DNA of 64,000 nt from Pyrinomonadaceae bacterium. GTDB taxonomy: Bacteria; Acidobacteriota; Blastocatellia; Pyrinomonadales; Pyrinomonadaceae. Location of the stretch: assembly GCA_046313635.1 (NCBI GenBank), contig JBKBYA010000001.1, forward strand, positions 192,001 through 256,000, read 5' to 3'. The notes beneath the pieces were generated by a model. That model was not told where the DNA came from, ran no database searches, and saw only the letters and a list, made by a program, of their open reading frames with translations. Shown piece after piece: positions 60,582-64,000 of this stretch; within the stretch, counting starts at the first letter, position 1; every line of letters begins with the position of its first letter. Both the position numbers and the translations under genes were made by a program.

Positions 60582-60935
60582 CTACCGGCGCCGCTTGAGC
60601 AAAAGACCAAGTATCAGACCGGCCGCCGCCGAGATAAGGATCGCGTTGCCGGGCTTTTGCCGGGCGTACTGCTTGGCCTCCTCGACCAGCTGCTTCGGGT
60701 CCTTGTCGTGCAGTTCTTTGAATTTGTCGCTCGCCTGAGCAAACTTCTCACCCGCGAATTCTCGGGCCTTGGCCGCAGCATCCTGCAGCCTTTGTCCATA
60801 CTCCTGTGCTTGCATTCTTAGATCTCCTAAAAACTCGTCGTCGCCGGCTTTGCCGCCGGATTCGTCCCGCAAAGGCACAAGCCCCTGGTTGAGCTCGGCC
60901 TCGGCCTTTTTAACTTCTTCTTCAAACTCCGACAT
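60582..60935 (-). CDS. DUF883 (ElaB/YqjD-like) tail-anchored protein
   Basis: YARQKPG...AAAGLILGLLLKRRR. Confidence 0.8.
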   Translation of the reverse strand: MSEFEEEVKKAEAELNQGLVPLRDESGGKAGDDEFLGDLRMQAQEYGQRLQDAAAKAREFAGEKFAQASDKFKELHDKDPKQLVEEAKQYARQKPGNAILISAAAGLILGLLLKRRR

Positions 60936-61200
60936 CGTTTTTTAATCCTCCCATCGAACTGTCTATTGGACCGCCGACCTTGCGTCGGCACCGCGACAGG
61001 CCCGGATCGTCCGAGCCCCGCTCAAATAATAACGGACCGCTATTAAAAATGTTCCGCTCGCGGTGAAACACAACCGGCCAGCGAATACGCGTAGATGGTT
61101 TGACCGCCGGGCCGTACGGGTCGGTATGAGCCGCGAGACGCGGTCGACAGCGGGCATCGTTTGACAACGCTCGGGCGCGGGTGGCAATCTTAGTCCTTCG

Positions 61201-61222
61201 TAAGTAAGTGAGCACTTACTTA
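61201..61222. promoter_or_regulatory. Putative TetR operator
   Basis: Perfect TAAGTAAGTG-AG-CACTTACTTA palindrome between TTGACA (61161) and the AAGGAG RBS. Confidence 0.75.
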
Positions 61223-61244
61223 ACATTTTGTAAAGGAGCGAGCC

Positions 61245-61895
61245 TTGATCGACAGTCAAATCTCAATTCAGCCGCTGCGAATGAAGGGCGACGAGCGTCG
61301 GGAACATATCCTGGAGGCGGCCGTAAACCTCTTTGCTCGTCACGGCTTCAGCGGCACGACGACCAAAGAGATCGCCCGGGCGGCGGGCGTGTCGGAGGCG
61401 ATGGTCTTCCGTCATTTTGAAACCAAAGAGGCGCTTTACGGCGCGATCATCGACCGGCAGGTCTGCCAGAGCGGGGCGTCCAAATTCCCTTGGGAAGACG
61501 ATAGCGAACTGAAAAAGGCGATCGAGACCGGCGACGATCACACGTTCTTTTACCGGATCGGCGTCCGCGCGCTTGAGAAGCACCAGCGGGATGTCGAGTT
61601 TATGCGGCTGCTCTTTTTTTCGGCGCTTGAGGAGCACGAGCTGGCCGAGCGTTTCTTTAACGAGTTCGTCGCGACCGTTTACGACTTTATCGGCCGGTAC
61701 ATCAAGCGGCGCCAGGCCGAAGGTGCGATGCGCGACGTCAAGCCGAAGGTCGCGGTGAGGGCGTTTGTCGGAATGCTCATCCATCACTCGCTCAACAACA
61801 TTCTGTGGGACAAGAATCGCCGGCTGCTAAAGATCTCGAATGAAGAGGCGGCCCGAAATTTCGCCGAGATCCTGCTGAGGGGCATCGCAAAGTGA
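61245..61895 (+). CDS. TetR/AcrR family regulator
   Basis: ILEAAVNLFARHGFSGTTTKEIARAAGVSEAMVFRHF. Confidence 0.93.
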   Translation: MIDSQISIQPLRMKGDERREHILEAAVNLFARHGFSGTTTKEIARAAGVSEAMVFRHFETKEALYGAIIDRQVCQSGASKFPWEDDSELKKAIETGDDHTFFYRIGVRALEKHQRDVEFMRLLFFSALEEHELAERFFNEFVATVYDFIGRYIKRRQAEGAMRDVKPKVAVRAFVGMLIHHSLNNILWDKNRRLLKISNEEAARNFAEILLRGIAK

Positions 61896-61922
61896 CGTCG
61901 CCGCTCGCATCTCTTTTTATCG

Positions 61923-63269
61923 ATGGCAATCGCAATGAATAACCGAATCGTCTTTATCACGCTCTTGCTGCTCGCGGCGGCCGCAGTGCTGGCCTCTGCC
62001 GGCTGCAGCGGCTCGGCCGCGAATGCGACAAATGCGAACACCGCTGCCCCGGTCGTCGACATCACGGCCGCGCGGGCCGAGATCCGACCGATCCCGAGCT
62101 ATTTCGAAGCGACCGGCAATCTTGTCAGCGACGCTTCGACCGACGTCGCGCCGGCGGTCGGCGGCAAGATCGTACAGGTGAATTTTGACGTCGGCAGCTA
62201 CGTCAATCAGGGCGACGTGCTGATCCGTCTCGACGACCGCGACGCGCGGATACGTCTCGAGCAGGCCCAGGCCCAGCATCAGCAGGCCCAGTCCTCGGTC
62301 GGACAGGCTCAGGCGCAGGTCGAGGCGGCCCGCAGCGGCGTACGGCAGGCGCTGGCACAACTCGGCTTGAACGATACGTCCGGCTTTAACATCAACCAGG
62401 TTCCCGAGGTGCAGAATGCCAAGGCCAATCTCGATCTCGCCGAGCGCGAATTCACCCGTGCGGCGCGTCTGCTCGAGAGCGGCGACATCGCGCGGACGAT
62501 ATACGACCAGCGGCGGGCCCAGCGCGAGCAGGCGCAGGCCGCGTATGAATCCGCTGTGAACGGGGCCAAACAGCGTTTCGCCGGTGTGAGCACGGCGCAG
62601 GCGCAGGTCGCGACCGCCGAGGCCGCCGTTCGCGCGGCGCGGTCCGCCGTCCAGACCGCGGAGGCTCAGGTGCAGGCCGCGCAAAAGGCGGTCAGCGACA
62701 CGTCGGTGCTCGCGCCGATCAGCGGCTACGTCTCGGAGCGTGTCGCCGACGTCGGCGAATTCATCAGCCCGAATACGCCCAACGCAAAGGTGGCGACGAT
62801 CGTTCGCACATCGGTCCTGCGGCTGCGTATCGACGTGCCCGAGGCATCGATCGGCAAGGTTGCGACCGGCCAGTCGATCTCGCTGCAGACGAGCGCGTAT
62901 CCGGACCGCAATTTTGCCGGCACGGTCGTTCGCATCTCGCCGAGCGTGAATCAGACGGCGCGCACTTTGACGGTCGAGGCCGAGGTGCCGAATCCCGCAG
63001 GTCTGCTCAAGCCGGGACAATTCGCTACGGTCCGGATCACGCAGTCAAAGCCCGAGCCTGCCGTGATGATACCCGTCGCCGCCGTGCGGACCGAGGGCGA
63101 CGTCAATCGAGTCTTTGTCATCAAGGACGGCATCGCTCATGAGCAGATCGTCCAGCTCGGCCTGCTCGAGAACGACATGATCCAGGTCAAGCGCGGCGTC
63201 GTCGAAGGCGACGTCGTCGCAACCAGCAATTTGAACGCGCTGAGCGACGGAGTTTTTGTAAGGCAATAA
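61923..63269 (+). CDS. RND efflux membrane fusion lipoprotein
   Basis: Lipobox SAGC, GSYVNQGDVLIRLD, APISG, LKPGQF. Confidence 0.92.
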   Translation: MAIAMNNRIVFITLLLLAAAAVLASAGCSGSAANATNANTAAPVVDITAARAEIRPIPSYFEATGNLVSDASTDVAPAVGGKIVQVNFDVGSYVNQGDVLIRLDDRDARIRLEQAQAQHQQAQSSVGQAQAQVEAARSGVRQALAQLGLNDTSGFNINQVPEVQNAKANLDLAEREFTRAARLLESGDIARTIYDQRRAQREQAQAAYESAVNGAKQRFAGVSTAQAQVATAEAAVRAARSAVQTAEAQVQAAQKAVSDTSVLAPISGYVSERVADVGEFISPNTPNAKVATIVRTSVLRLRIDVPEASIGKVATGQSISLQTSAYPDRNFAGTVVRISPSVNQTARTLTVEAEVPNPAGLLKPGQFATVRITQSKPEPAVMIPVAAVRTEGDVNRVFVIKDGIAHEQIVQLGLLENDMIQVKRGVVEGDVVATSNLNALSDGVFVRQ

Positions 63270-63275
63270 GCGGGA

Positions 63276-63398
63276 AGTTCCGGGTTCAGAGTTCAGCGTT
63301 CCGAGTTGCTTCGACGAACTCGAACGCAAGACAGCCGCGGGCGTCGCAGCATAACCCCGAGCTCCGAACCCTGAACTCGGAACCCCGAACTCTGAACT
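63276..63398. repeat. Inverted array of heptamer tandem repeats (AGTTCMG / CKGAACT)
   Basis: agttccg ggttcag agttcag cgttccg agtt ... ccgaacc ctgaact cggaacc ccgaact ctgaact. Confidence 0.85.
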
Positions 63399-63406
63399 AA
63401 AAGTTT

Positions 63407-64000
63407 ATGCAGTGGTTAGCAGAGATCTGTGTTAAGCGGCCGGTATTTGCGACGATGTTGGTGTTGTCGCTGGTGGTGGTCGGTGCATTTTCGTTCTTCA
63501 GTCTCGGCGTCGACCTGTTCCCAAAGATCGACTTCCCGACGATCACCGTGACGGTTATCAATCCCGGCGCTTCGCCGCAGGAGATCGAGACCGAGATCAC
63601 CGAAAAGGTTGAGGAGGCCGTCAATACCATCAGCGGCATCGACGAGCTGCGCTCGACGTCGGTCGAGGGGATATCGCAGGTCTTCGTTCAGTTCGTGCTC
63701 GAAAAGGACGTCAACGTCGCCGCTCAGGAGGTCGAGAATCGCGTCCAGACCGTCATCCCTAATCTGCCCGACACGGCCGAGCAGCCGACCGTCCAAAAGC
63801 TCGACACCGACGCCGCACCGGTGCTGCGCATCGTCGTCTCTGCGCCCGCTTCGATCCGCGACGTGACCGAGGTGGCAAAGAATCAGATCAAAGAGCGCAT
63901 CGAGTCGATCAGCGGCGTGGGTCAGATCACGATCATCGGCGGCCGCGATCGTCAGATCAACGTCTGGGTCGATCCGGACAAGATGCGCTCGTACAACGTG
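63407..64000 (+). CDS. RND efflux permease (AcrB/MdtB-like); partial, runs off the window end
   Basis: MQWLAEICVKRPVFA, VDLFPKIDFP, PGASPQEIE. Confidence 0.92.
   Translation, partial: MQWLAEICVKRPVFATMLVLSLVVVGAFSFFSLGVDLFPKIDFPTITVTVINPGASPQEIETEITEKVEEAVNTISGIDELRSTSVEGISQVFVQFVLEKDVNVAAQEVENRVQTVIPNLPDTAEQPTVQKLDTDAAPVLRIVVSAPASIRDVTEVAKNQIKERIESISGVGQITIIGGRDRQINVWVDPDKMRSYNV

Overview
GC-rich bacterial chromosome segment. Its gene content (VWA, HEAT-cyclophilin, BNR-repeat hydrolase, zinc-ribbon kinases) suggests Acidobacteriota/Blastocatellia; this is an inference. Most of the window is housekeeping and envelope genes. Highlights: (1) A minus-strand redox cluster, perR-ahpC-[Sec peroxiredoxin]-[Sec PrdB-like protein]-TlpA, in which two genes that the ORF track splits each have an in-frame UGA at the catalytic position followed by a SECIS-like hairpin; there is a near-perfect Per box upstream of perR and no prdA in the window. 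(2) A GxxExxY nuclease-fold gene bracketed by 30-bp inverted repeats built from 9-mers, plus several empty 9-mer and 7-mer inverted-repeat elements and a two-copy MITE/REP-like element. (3) A DUF4160/DUF2442 toxin-antitoxin-like pair flanked by a diverged 86-bp duplicate of the E1 dehydrogenase 3' end. (4) A candidate RNA thermometer in front of hsp20. (5) A roughly 16-kb decaying island next to tRNA-Asn, bounded by IS3 remnants and encoding an FHA-ABC transporter, a Ser/Thr kinase and zinc-ribbon envelope proteins. All calls come from reading motifs by eye; no database searches were run.
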